This document shows, piece after piece, positions 9,687 through 18,900 of a stretch of 64,000 nucleotides of DNA. The translations under genes were made by a program, and so were the position numbers. Numbering within the stretch: the stretch's first letter is position 1; every line of letters starts with the position of its first letter. This stretch comes from Gammaproteobacteria bacterium (lineage in GTDB: Bacteria > Pseudomonadota > Gammaproteobacteria > UBA12402): contig JASFHF010000002.1 in NCBI GenBank assembly GCA_050123375.1, positions 28,364-92,363 of the forward strand. Reading direction: 5' to 3'. Below the pieces are notes generated by a model that saw only the letters and a list, made by a program, of their open reading frames with translations, was not told where the DNA came from and searched no databases.

Positions 9687-10772
9687 ATGAATCCTTTTAC
9701 AAACAAAAATTATCATAATCATGAGCAGTTGATTTTTTGCCATGATCCTTTATCTAAATTACAAGCTATCATTGCAATTCATAATACTAAACTTGGTCCA
9801 GCGATTGGCGGTTGTCGTATGTATCCATATGCAACCATAGATGACGCTATTGATGATGTGTTACGTTTATCTAAAAGTATGACGTATAAATCAGCGGTTT
9901 CCGGGTTAAATTTTGGTGGTGCTAAAGCGGTAATTATTGGTGATCCACACAAAGATTCTTCAGAATTATTATTTCGTACTTTTGGTAGGTATGTGCAAAC
10001 ATTAAGTGGTCGTTATATAACTTGTGAAGATGTTGGTACTAATCCGAAATTGATGGAATATGTTAGAATTGAAACCAGGTATGTGGTTGGTTTACCACAA
10101 GGTCTTGGTTACGGTTTGGGTGATCCTTCACCAGTTACTGCTTATGGCACCAAGCTTGGTATGCAGGCATCTTTAAAAAAACTTACTGGTAAAGAAAATT
10201 TGAGTAACATTAAAGTTGCGATTCAGGGAGTTGGAAATGTTGGTTATCATTTGTGTAAAGAATTACATAAAGTAGGTGCTAAATTATATATTACTGATGT
10301 TGATCAAACGGCAATAAAAAAAGTGGCTGATAATTTTAAAGTAAATGTGGTTAAGCCTCATGAAATTTATAGCCAGAATGTAGATATATTTGCGCCGTGT
10401 GCCTTGGGTGGTATTTTGCATGATGAAAGTATAGATTCACTTAAGTGCGCAATTGTGGCTGGAGCCGCAAATAACCAATTGCTCGATGAGCATGAGCACA
10501 GTCATGCATTACAAAAGCGCGGTATATTATATGCGCCTGATTATGTAATTAATGCTGGCGGGTTGTATGATGCAGCAACTGAATTTTTCCATGTTAGGCA
10601 AAAAAGTTATGCGTATCAAAAGGCTGAAGAAATATACGGAAAATTACTTGAGGTATATAGCTTTGCTGAAGAAAAAAATATTCCAACAGCAATTGCAGCA
10701 CAACAAATTGCTGAACAGCGTATTCATTTTGCTGGGCATTGTAAAGATATTTATGCGAGGCGGGACAAATGA
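9687..10772 (+). CDS. Glu/Leu/Phe/Val dehydrogenase (leucine dehydrogenase-like)
   Basis: GPAIGGCRM, MTYK, GGAKAV, EDVGT, QGVGNVG, PCALG, GAANNQ, NAGG. Confidence 0.93.
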   Translation: MNPFTNKNYHNHEQLIFCHDPLSKLQAIIAIHNTKLGPAIGGCRMYPYATIDDAIDDVLRLSKSMTYKSAVSGLNFGGAKAVIIGDPHKDSSELLFRTFGRYVQTLSGRYITCEDVGTNPKLMEYVRIETRYVVGLPQGLGYGLGDPSPVTAYGTKLGMQASLKKLTGKENLSNIKVAIQGVGNVGYHLCKELHKVGAKLYITDVDQTAIKKVADNFKVNVVKPHEIYSQNVDIFAPCALGGILHDESIDSLKCAIVAGAANNQLLDEHEHSHALQKRGILYAPDYVINAGGLYDAATEFFHVRQKSYAYQKAEEIYGKLLEVYSFAEEKNIPTAIAAQQIAEQRIHFAGHCKDIYARRDK

Positions 10773-10971
10773 TTAATGTTATTTGTCTAACCAATCAAAA
10801 ATATTTGGAACTTCAGAATTTTATTATAATGGATGTGTCAAAAATGGCTTGAGAAAACATTTTCTACATAAATGATATTATATGATATCATTACAAATAG
10901 TTGGATTTTATCGACAAAAAAGCTGTATGCTATAATATATACAGCGATTTATAGTTTAATTTGGTGTAAAA

Positions 10972-11847
10972 ATGCGCACTAATATTTGGCAAAATTTTCG
11001 TTTTGTAAAAGGTTTTTTGTCACAACAAATGAATGCAAAAATTACTGCTTTGCGAAAATTATCGTCTGGAATGTTTTCGCAGGCGTATTCTTTTATTGCA
11101 GATAAAAAAGAATACGTGTTGCGTTTAAATAAGCATGAGAAAGATTTTAAAAAAGATGTTTATGCTTATCAAAATTTTGGTAATAAATTATCAATACCAA
11201 AAATATTAAAGCATGGAAAATATAACAGTGAATTATATTTTGCAATTACACTAAAATGTAAAGGTGTTATTCACGATAGAATTAAGAATCCAGAAAATAT
11301 TTTGCCAGAGATAATTCAAACTATTGAAACCATGCGTGCTATTAATGTTGCAAATCATCAGGGTTTTGGTTTATTAGATGAAAACGGCATGGGTCAGTAT
11401 GATAGTTGGCGAGAGGCTATTACGTCTTTTTATAATCATAAATTCCCAAAAATTGAAACTGAAAGATTTATTGATGATGCTGTTTTGGGGAAAATATTTA
11501 ATCTGCTTGAATTTGTCCCAAAAACCAAGTATCTTGTGCATGGAGATTTTGGTTTTGATAATTTAGTTATTGATGATGGTAAGATCACTGGAGTTTTAGA
11601 TTGGGCTGAGTCAAAATATGGTGATTTTTTGTATGACGTCGCTTGGCTTGATTTTTGGTCAAATGGCATAAAATATGCACAATCATTTAAAAATTATTAT
11701 ATCGCAAATAAAATCGAAATTTTGAATTTTGATAAACGTATAGAATGTTATAGTTTACATATCGGTTTAAATGGTTTAATTCTTGCGGCTTATTTGGATG
11801 ACGAACAGAATTACGAAAAAATTAAAAGGAGGATAGGCGATGACTAA
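10972..11847 (+). CDS. Aminoglycoside phosphotransferase-family kinase
   Basis: LVHGDFGFDN, LDWAE..YGDFLYD motifs. Confidence 0.88.
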   Translation: MRTNIWQNFRFVKGFLSQQMNAKITALRKLSSGMFSQAYSFIADKKEYVLRLNKHEKDFKKDVYAYQNFGNKLSIPKILKHGKYNSELYFAITLKCKGVIHDRIKNPENILPEIIQTIETMRAINVANHQGFGLLDENGMGQYDSWREAITSFYNHKFPKIETERFIDDAVLGKIFNLLEFVPKTKYLVHGDFGFDNLVIDDGKITGVLDWAESKYGDFLYDVAWLDFWSNGIKYAQSFKNYYIANKIEILNFDKRIECYSLHIGLNGLILAAYLDDEQNYEKIKRRIGDD

Positions 11848-12346
11848 AAAAATTGTAATGATTGTGGCGAATCATGGTTTTCGCGATGAAGAATATCAAA
11901 TGCCTAAAGAAATTTTTGAGAAACAAGGATTTTTAGTTACGACTGCAGCGAAAAAACCTAATGATGCAACTGGAAAATTTGGTTTAAAAATAAATGTTGA
12001 TGTAACTATGGATAAATTAAATGTTGCAGATTATGATGCTGTTTTATTTGTTGGCGGTCCAGGATGTTATGATTATTATGATGATGTTCATGCTCATGAT
12101 ATTGCAAAAGTTGCTTATGAGAGCGGCAAAATACTAGGTGCAATTTGTGCAGCGCCTGGTATTTTAGCAAATGCTGGATTATTGCAAGGTAAAAAAGCGA
12201 CTATGTTTGCTGATGATGGAACGCTTGCGAAAGGAGGCGCAACGTATACAGGCGCGGATGTAGAAGTTGATGGAAAAATTATAACAGCAACAGGTCCTAA
12301 AACCGCAGCACAGTGGGCTGAAAAGATTATTGAAATGATTGGATAG
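11840..12346 (+). CDS. DJ-1/PfpI family protein
   Basis: FRDEEY, FVGGPG, GAICAAP, ITATGP. Confidence 0.9.
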   Translation: MTKKIVMIVANHGFRDEEYQMPKEIFEKQGFLVTTAAKKPNDATGKFGLKINVDVTMDKLNVADYDAVLFVGGPGCYDYYDDVHAHDIAKVAYESGKILGAICAAPGILANAGLLQGKKATMFADDGTLAKGGATYTGADVEVDGKIITATGPKTAAQWAEKIIEMIG

Positions 12347-12356
12347 GAAATAAAAA

Positions 12357-13346
12357 ATGCAAGTTAACGCTACAATTACTGCAGTTGGTATGTATGTTCC
12401 AGAAAAAATTTTAGATAATAAATATTTTGAATCAATTGTGGATACTAGTGATGAATGGATTACTACGCGTACTGGAATTAAAGAACGTAGATTGATGGAG
12501 CATGGTGCAACTAGTGATATGGCGGCGAAAGCTATTGAAGATTTAATGAAAACTTCAAATTTAAAACCAGAAGAAATCGATGTAATTATTGTTGCAACTG
12601 TGACACCTGATATGTTTTTTCCGTCTACCGCTTGTTTAGTACAAGATAAAGTTGGTGCAAAAAATGCTTGGGGTTTTGATCTTTCTGCTGCGTGTTCTGG
12701 GTTTTTATTTGCATTACAAACTGGTGCAAGCATGATCGCAAGTGGTGCGTATAAAAAAGTTGTAGTTGTTGGCGCCGATAAAATGAGTTCAATTACTGAT
12801 TATACTGATCGTACAACTTGTGTTATTTTGGGTGATGGAGCAGCCGCGGTTTTGTTAGAACCAACCGAAGATTTGAATTATGGGATTAAAGATGCATTGT
12901 TGTATGTGGATGGTTCTGGTGGAAAATCATTATATATGAAAGCGGGCGGCAGTTTGCATCCAGCGACGCACGAAACTATAGATAAAAAATGGCATTACAT
13001 GTATCAGGATGGCAGAGCGGTTTTTAAAAAGGCGGTTAAAAGTATGGCGGATGCGGCATATGATATTGTACAAAGAAATAATTTGCAATCAGATGATATT
13101 GCATATTTAGTTCCGCATCAGGCAAATTTACGTATTATTGACGCAACCGCAAAACGTCTAGGAATAGAAAAAGAAAAAGTAATAATTAATATTGATAAAT
13201 ATGGTAATACTACTGCTGCGACAATTCCTTTATGTTTAGTGGAATATTATCGTGCCGGTAAATTTAAAAAGGGTGATAATTTAATTCTTGCAGCATTTGG
13301 TGGCGGTTATACATGGGGCGCAATTTATTTGACTTGGAGTTTATAG
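12357..13346 (+). CDS. fabH: 3-oxoacyl-ACP synthase III
   Basis: Catalytic AACSGF, PHQAN, GNT; DEWITTRTGI; FGGG. Confidence 0.95.
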   Translation: MQVNATITAVGMYVPEKILDNKYFESIVDTSDEWITTRTGIKERRLMEHGATSDMAAKAIEDLMKTSNLKPEEIDVIIVATVTPDMFFPSTACLVQDKVGAKNAWGFDLSAACSGFLFALQTGASMIASGAYKKVVVVGADKMSSITDYTDRTTCVILGDGAAAVLLEPTEDLNYGIKDALLYVDGSGGKSLYMKAGGSLHPATHETIDKKWHYMYQDGRAVFKKAVKSMADAAYDIVQRNNLQSDDIAYLVPHQANLRIIDATAKRLGIEKEKVIINIDKYGNTTAATIPLCLVEYYRAGKFKKGDNLILAAFGGGYTWGAIYLTWSL

Positions 13347-13494
13347 AAAAAAATATGATTCCAATAGAATACAAAGAACTAAATCAAAGCCAAAAAAATA
13401 TTGCTGAAAGATAAAATGCAATTTAACATTTAAATTTTTGCATGTGGATTTTTCTAAAATATAAAAGTTATAACTCAATAACACAGTCGTCGTG

Positions 13495-14664
13495 TTAAGT
13501 TTGCAGCTGAATTCTTGCTGCATAAATTGTGGTGTTGACATTATTGCCGTTAAATGCAGGTCGCGCAAATACGCGAATAATATTGAATTTAAACATCACT
13601 ATTTTATTTAAGTACCAATTTAAACCAACAGTTAAATTAGTTTCTTTGCCGCCTTGAATCATTTTATCACTTAAATTTAAATAACTTACTCTGGCTAAAA
13701 TTTGTAATGCGCCGTATTTGTGATGAATTGGGGTGATGCCGGCAAAGCCGCCGCTGGGGAAAACGTAAATGCGTGATTCGCCAGTTAAGAAATAACTTCC
13801 AGTTAAATAGCTGCCAAAAAAGTTTAAGTTGGGGGAGCCGTTGTTACGCATAATTTTATTAAAAAGGAATTCGGCTTGCGTACACCAGGAATTATAGACT
13901 CCCGCTGCTTCAAAATCAGTGGTGTTATAATATTTTACATTGTTAATTGTGCCGGTATTAAGTAATTGATCGTCATGAGGTGAGGTTGCTTCAGGTACGG
14001 TGCTAAAACTTATGGTATTGGAACCATCTGGTCGTTGCAGCCAATTTGATATAGCAAGATGTACTACGCGAGTATTAGTATGGGCTGGCGAATAAATTAA
14101 TCTAACAGTATTGCCTAAAGGTTTTCTCCCTTGATATTTTTCATTGATTCCATTTCTAAAAATGCTGATATTAAACGATAAAAGATTATTGTAAATTCCA
14201 TAGTTAGCGCCCATGCTGTAAGGTGGATCAAAAGTTTGAGTTGGTAGAGCAATTTCCAGGAAATTTATGTCAGTACTGCTAGCCCAATTTGCTAATGTAA
14301 AATTAGGAGAAAATTGGCCAATAGTGAAATACATATTGTGCCAACCATTATAAGTAATATACGCATGTTTCCATAATGAGTTGGATAAATTATAAGAAAA
14401 TTTGTATGTTAAATCACGAGAAATGCTGCCTGATAGTGACACTCGAGAATTCCATACGTTTGTGCCGCTGGTTAATAAATCTGGATAAGATGAAAAATTT
14501 ACTGCATCCCCCATAAAATATCCGCCAAGTCTTGCAGTAAAAATATCAGGGCCGTAATTAAAAAATAAGCCTTTATTGTAGGTTACGGATGAAGTTGCAC
14601 CTAAGGCAATCCTGGTTAAAACACATCCGGTTAATAAGAAAAAAATAACAAGTTTTAATTTCAT
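13495..14664 (-). CDS. OprO/OprP phosphate-selective porin family
   Basis: Signal peptide MKLKLVIFFLL.., YFLTGESR, GALQILARVSY, GLNWYLN, terminal ARIQLQ. Confidence 0.85.
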   Translation of the reverse strand: MKLKLVIFFLLTGCVLTRIALGATSSVTYNKGLFFNYGPDIFTARLGGYFMGDAVNFSSYPDLLTSGTNVWNSRVSLSGSISRDLTYKFSYNLSNSLWKHAYITYNGWHNMYFTIGQFSPNFTLANWASSTDINFLEIALPTQTFDPPYSMGANYGIYNNLLSFNISIFRNGINEKYQGRKPLGNTVRLIYSPAHTNTRVVHLAISNWLQRPDGSNTISFSTVPEATSPHDDQLLNTGTINNVKYYNTTDFEAAGVYNSWCTQAEFLFNKIMRNNGSPNLNFFGSYLTGSYFLTGESRIYVFPSGGFAGITPIHHKYGALQILARVSYLNLSDKMIQGGKETNLTVGLNWYLNKIVMFKFNIIRVFARPAFNGNNVNTTIYAARIQLQT

Positions 14665-14755
14665 ATATTCACACTGTACTTCAAAGTAGGGAGCGAGTCT
14701 ATACCCATAGTACTTCAAGATGCCGGATTTATAACAGATGTCTATAAAACTTTTA

Positions 14756-14982
14756 TTGGAACTAGTGATTTTACAATTTGTTTGTTTTTGTAAAATCACT
14801 AGTCAGCAAGCACAATCATAGCTTTAATAGAACACAAGTATATCATGCGCGGTAGTTGCCACAGAAATAAACTAAGTGGTAATTACCGCGCATGCCGGAT
14901 CTGTGTTTTGTTTTAGTTGTGCAGATGCGCGGTGACTCGCGATTTTACAAGAACAAGCTGGTTGTAAAATCACGAGTTCCAA
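14756..14982. repeat. About 227-bp palindromic element, copy 2
   Basis: Near-identical to 8087-8312, same orientation. Confidence 0.9.
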
Positions 14983-15137
14983 GATTAACACCAAGTAACA
15001 ATTAGTGTGCTACAAATCCGGCATCTTGAGGCAAGAGTGGTATATATCGTGCACCGATGAAGATGCGGGATTTATAGGAAATGCTGATATAATTCAAGTA
15101 TAACAATTTGTCTCAAGTGTTTTGATGCGTCTATCTT

Positions 15138-16616
15138 TTATTTCTTCTGTAAGACCGACAACAGGTCACTCAAGGAAACACTGGCGAACTTGGTAGCCAT
15201 GTCGCTTATTGCGTAGGGGATAATCAAGGTGTCGTCGTGAATCATACTGCCGCATGAATACACCACGTTAGGCACATAACCGGAACGTTCTTTTGCCGTC
15301 GGAACCAGCAGCGGTTTTTTGGTTTGGCCTATGATATGTAATGGATTGTCTCGATCCAACAATGTGGCGCCAATACTATACTGTCGCATGGGGCCAACAC
15401 CATGTGTAAGTAACAGCCAGCCAGCATCTGTTTCTAAAGGTGATCCGCAATTGCCAATCTGAACGAATTCCCAGGGAAACTTTGGTTGCTGAAGTATTAC
15501 CGCCTCATCCCAATGCCGTACATTATCAGAATACATCAGAAAAAGATTCTCGTTGTCCAATCGACCGATCATTGCATATCGGCCATTAAGCTTCCGGGGA
15601 AATAGAGCCATGCCTTTGTTTTGTGCTTTACTACCGCTCATAGTATGGATGTTAATTTTTGCGCTGCTACTAGTTGTTGGTCGAGCCTCCAGAAGTTGAG
15701 GCATTATGGAATGACCATTATACGCTGTGTAAGTGCCAAAATAACACGTTGATCCGTCATCATCGGTAAAACGGACGAGACGAAGATCCTCGATACCGTG
15801 GCTTTCGGTTTCGGAAGTAGGGAAAATCACTGCTTCAGATGGATCAGTGTTTGTGGGAATTTTTAGCGCATAGTTAGAGCGGGCTACCCATAGCATGCTT
15901 TCTGCTGCTTGGCAGATCTTTTCCGGAGAATCGCAAGATTGACGAACTTGCTCGATTCCTTCCTTGATATCGGATATCCTAAACAAATTGGGCAAACGAT
16001 CAAGAATGTTTTCGGTGACATCTCTGTATGCTCCCATCTCAATTAGTTTTTGCCGGAAGAGGCTTTTTTCGTACGCTACATCATGAGCTACCTCGAGTTG
16101 ACGGCTTATAGGACTGGGCTGATCAATGGAGATATTGCATTGCGCATCTATGATACCGCGGCGAAAGACAATCGAAGAAATATGTCCTTCACCAGTAGCC
16201 CGCAAACTCATTAAGAAGCGAGTACTGCCGGCAGGAAGTCCCGACTGATCCAATGCCGGAATCATGGAAGGGTTGAATAATGCAGCTGCTTCGATAGCAT
16301 ATTCCATCGTAAAGTATGCGCCGATAAGCAATTTTCGGCGTGGGCTAATCGTGTTGGGATCTGTAATGTACTCTTGTATGGCCTTGAAGTTATCGGCAAC
16401 CGCTTCAACCCCATAACGATGGCGTTCCTTAAAACTTTGGTATAATTGATTAGTCAATTCATCAACTTCGTGGTTGGACAGCCTTAAAACCCGATCAATG
16501 ATGCGGCGAATTCGTCCTTCGTTATTTGGAACGAAACTTCGGATGATAACACGATTAGGATCTCGTTCGAGACAAATTGGAAGCCGCTTGACCTTGATTT
16601 CAGGTGTGTATAGCAT
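15138..16616 (-). CDS. Glycoside hydrolase family 130 protein (mannoside phosphorylase-like)
   Basis: LFNP, GEGHISS, GIEDLR, YTAYNG, NKGMALFP, QIGNCG, GYVPNVVYSCG. Confidence 0.85.
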   Translation of the reverse strand: MLYTPEIKVKRLPICLERDPNRVIIRSFVPNNEGRIRRIIDRVLRLSNHEVDELTNQLYQSFKERHRYGVEAVADNFKAIQEYITDPNTISPRRKLLIGAYFTMEYAIEAAALFNPSMIPALDQSGLPAGSTRFLMSLRATGEGHISSIVFRRGIIDAQCNISIDQPSPISRQLEVAHDVAYEKSLFRQKLIEMGAYRDVTENILDRLPNLFRISDIKEGIEQVRQSCDSPEKICQAAESMLWVARSNYALKIPTNTDPSEAVIFPTSETESHGIEDLRLVRFTDDDGSTCYFGTYTAYNGHSIMPQLLEARPTTSSSAKINIHTMSGSKAQNKGMALFPRKLNGRYAMIGRLDNENLFLMYSDNVRHWDEAVILQQPKFPWEFVQIGNCGSPLETDAGWLLLTHGVGPMRQYSIGATLLDRDNPLHIIGQTKKPLLVPTAKERSGYVPNVVYSCGSMIHDDTLIIPYAISDMATKFASVSLSDLLSVLQKK

Positions 16617-16749
16617 GATTTAACTCCAATAAAATAAGTTAAATTAATCCTTGTAAATTTATTTAATTTAAACACTAAAAAGTGGTTAGGTCTACTTTAT
16701 GGTTAATTTTTTTTGTTGTAATATACTGAAAATGTTGCGGGAAAAATTT

Positions 16750-17207
16750 ATGAGCATAACTAAAATAATTTCTGGTGGTCAAACTGGTGTAGATCAAGCG
16801 GCGCTTGATATTGCAATTAAATTTAATATTCCGCATGGCGGTTGGTGTCCAAAAGGCAGGATAGCAGAACTTGGTACAACTATTCCAAAAAAATATTTAC
16901 TGCGGGAAACAAAAACCAGCGAATATAGTGAAAGAACCAAATTAAATGTCAAAGATTCCGATGGCACTTTAATTCTTGTTGCAACTCTTCCAATCAAAAA
17001 TAGTAGCGGTACGATGTTAACTGTTAAGGAAGCAAAAGCGAATCATAAGCCATGTTTAATTATCGATTTGTCAAAAAAAACATCGATCGATGAGAATAAT
17101 ATAAAATACTTAATGTCGCTGGTCCAAAAGAATCGCAGAGCCTTGGCATATACAAATTAAGTTTTAATTTTCTTGAAAGAATTGCAAAATTAATAGATCC
17201 CAAATAG
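16750..17207 (+). pseudogene. Putative molybdenum carrier (cpYpsA/SLOG) protein with a frameshift near 17101-17110
   Basis: ISGGQTGVDQAAL, GGWCPKGR, RTKLNVKDSDGTL in frame 1; conserved LNVAGPKES..GIY continues in a shifted frame to TAG 17207. Confidence 0.75.
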
Positions 17208-17369
17208 GGAAGAGCGTATCTTACTCAATTTTTGAGCAAAATTTTTACACCATGATAAAGTTTGGTGTTTTTTTTGAGCAAAGCCTTTACATTAAACCAA
17301 AAATTGGCATAAAATAAATAAGTCAGGTTCCTTGAATTTGGCTTTAATGAAAATATGGAGGAATTTTTT

Positions 17370-17603
17370 ATGTGTGGTAAAGGATGTGGTATTTGGTGTT
17401 GGATCGCTAAGCTTTTGCTTATTATTGGCGGTCTAAATTGGGGGTTAATTGGTGTATTTAATTATAACCTGGTATCATCATGGTTTGGTGATTGGCCAAT
17501 AGTGGTTCGCATTATTTATATTGTTGTAGGCCTTGCTGCTTTGTTAGCAATTCTTTGTTTGTTTAGGTCACACAAATGCAGACCAGCAACTCCAGGTGAA
17601 TAG
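17370..17603 (+). CDS. DUF378 small membrane protein
   Basis: LLIIGGLNWGLIGVFNYNLV..FG..RIIYIVVGLAAL; GGAGG RBS before ATG 17370. Confidence 0.88.
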   Translation: MCGKGCGIWCWIAKLLLIIGGLNWGLIGVFNYNLVSSWFGDWPIVVRIIYIVVGLAALLAILCLFRSHKCRPATPGE

Positions 17604-17631
17604 TTAATTAATTTAATTTTAACTTAAATTT

Positions 17632-17668
17632 AAAAAGCCAGTCGAATTTAATTCGACTGGCTTTTTTT
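17632..17668. terminator. Intrinsic terminator (bidirectional shape)
   Basis: AAAAAGCCAGTCGAAT-TTA-ATTCGACTGGCTTTTTTT. Confidence 0.85.
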
Positions 17669-17680
17669 GAAGAGTAATAT

Positions 17681-18670
17681 ATGAAGTTAATTACTGCAAA
17701 AGATATTTCTCAGGCTTTTAATGATAAAATGATAAAGGTAGCATTTGAGGCATTAACTAATGAATTAAAACGTTGGCAGGAATTTAAAAAATGTCCGCGG
17801 CATGCAATTTATTATCCGCATGGTGTATTTGAGTTGATGCCGTGTAGTGATAATCAATATTACGGTTATAAATATGTTAATTGCCATCCGGCAAATCCTA
17901 AGCAGCATAAATCCTCAGTTGTTGCTACTGGTATGCTGGTAGATATAGAAACCGGATATCCTTTAATGTTTTGTGATATGACTTTGCTTACTGCAATTAG
18001 AACTGCAGCAACTTCTGCGATTGCGGCGAAATATTTAGCCGATCCCGGTGCTGGCAAAATTGGTTTAATTGGCACTGGTGCGCAAGCTGAATTTCAGATT
18101 TTATGGTTAAGTTCAATTTTTAATATTGATACAGTTAAGTTTTTTGATGTGGATTCAAAAGCAATGGAAAAATTGCAGCGTAATATTGATGGAAAGTTTA
18201 AAAATATTATCGCATGCAAAAATGCTTTTGAAGTAACACAGGATATAGATATTTTAACTACAGCAATTAATACTAAAGAAAAAGTTAAGTTGGTTGAATA
18301 TGATTGGGTGAAAGATAATCATAAATTATTTATTAATGCAATTGGTGGTGATTGTCCTGGAAAAACGGAAATGGATGTAGAGATCGTAAAAAATAGCCGC
18401 ATTGTCGTTGAGTTTTTCCCGCAAACCAGAGTTGAAGGCGAGATTCAAAATTTGGAACATGATCCGGAATACACAGAATTGTGGGAGTTAGTTCAGCAGC
18501 AAAAACCAGGTAGAACAGATCAAGATAAAATAATTTTGTTTGATTCGGTTGGTTTTGCTTTAGCGGATTTCGCAATTATGAAAATGGTATATGAACAAGG
18601 TTTAGGTAGCGAAATTACTGTACTTCCTGATATACCGGATCCGAAAGATCTTTATGCTGCAGTTAGGTAA
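17681..18670 (+). CDS. Ornithine cyclodeaminase/mu-crystallin family
   Basis: GVFELMP, KYVNCHP, LTAIRTAA, GTGAQ, GGDCPGKTE, FDSVGFA. Confidence 0.92.
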   Translation: MKLITAKDISQAFNDKMIKVAFEALTNELKRWQEFKKCPRHAIYYPHGVFELMPCSDNQYYGYKYVNCHPANPKQHKSSVVATGMLVDIETGYPLMFCDMTLLTAIRTAATSAIAAKYLADPGAGKIGLIGTGAQAEFQILWLSSIFNIDTVKFFDVDSKAMEKLQRNIDGKFKNIIACKNAFEVTQDIDILTTAINTKEKVKLVEYDWVKDNHKLFINAIGGDCPGKTEMDVEIVKNSRIVVEFFPQTRVEGEIQNLEHDPEYTELWELVQQQKPGRTDQDKIILFDSVGFALADFAIMKMVYEQGLGSEITVLPDIPDPKDLYAAVR

Positions 18671-18680
18671 GTGTTATCCA

Positions 18681-18900
18681 AAACCTACAAATTTTACGCA
18701 ATATTTTGTTTTTAGCACATCGAGTGAGGGTTGTTTGCAAACTCTTGAGAGGCATGGATGCCTCGAACGAAGCAACACATGGATGTGCCGGCTGATTTTT
18801 CACCAAGGTAGTTGGGAAAATCAGCCGAGTGCGTGTTTGCAAATAACCCTCCGAGTATGTGCTTGCTAGTTAATAAAATATTGCGTAAAACTTGAGATTT
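18681..18900. repeat. About 220-bp nested-palindrome element between convergent genes
   Basis: TTTTACGCAATATTTT/AAAATATTGCGTAAAA, GAGGGTTGTTTGCAAAC/GTTTGCAAATAACCCTC, CGGCTGATTTTC/GAAAATCAGCCG. Confidence 0.75.

Noticed and set aside
8087-14982. CRISPR array
   Set aside because: Only two long palindromic copies 6.7 kb apart; no repeat-spacer periodicity and no cas genes
18654-18869. 71-aa ORF
   Set aside because: Lies in the palindromic element; no RBS or protein-like features
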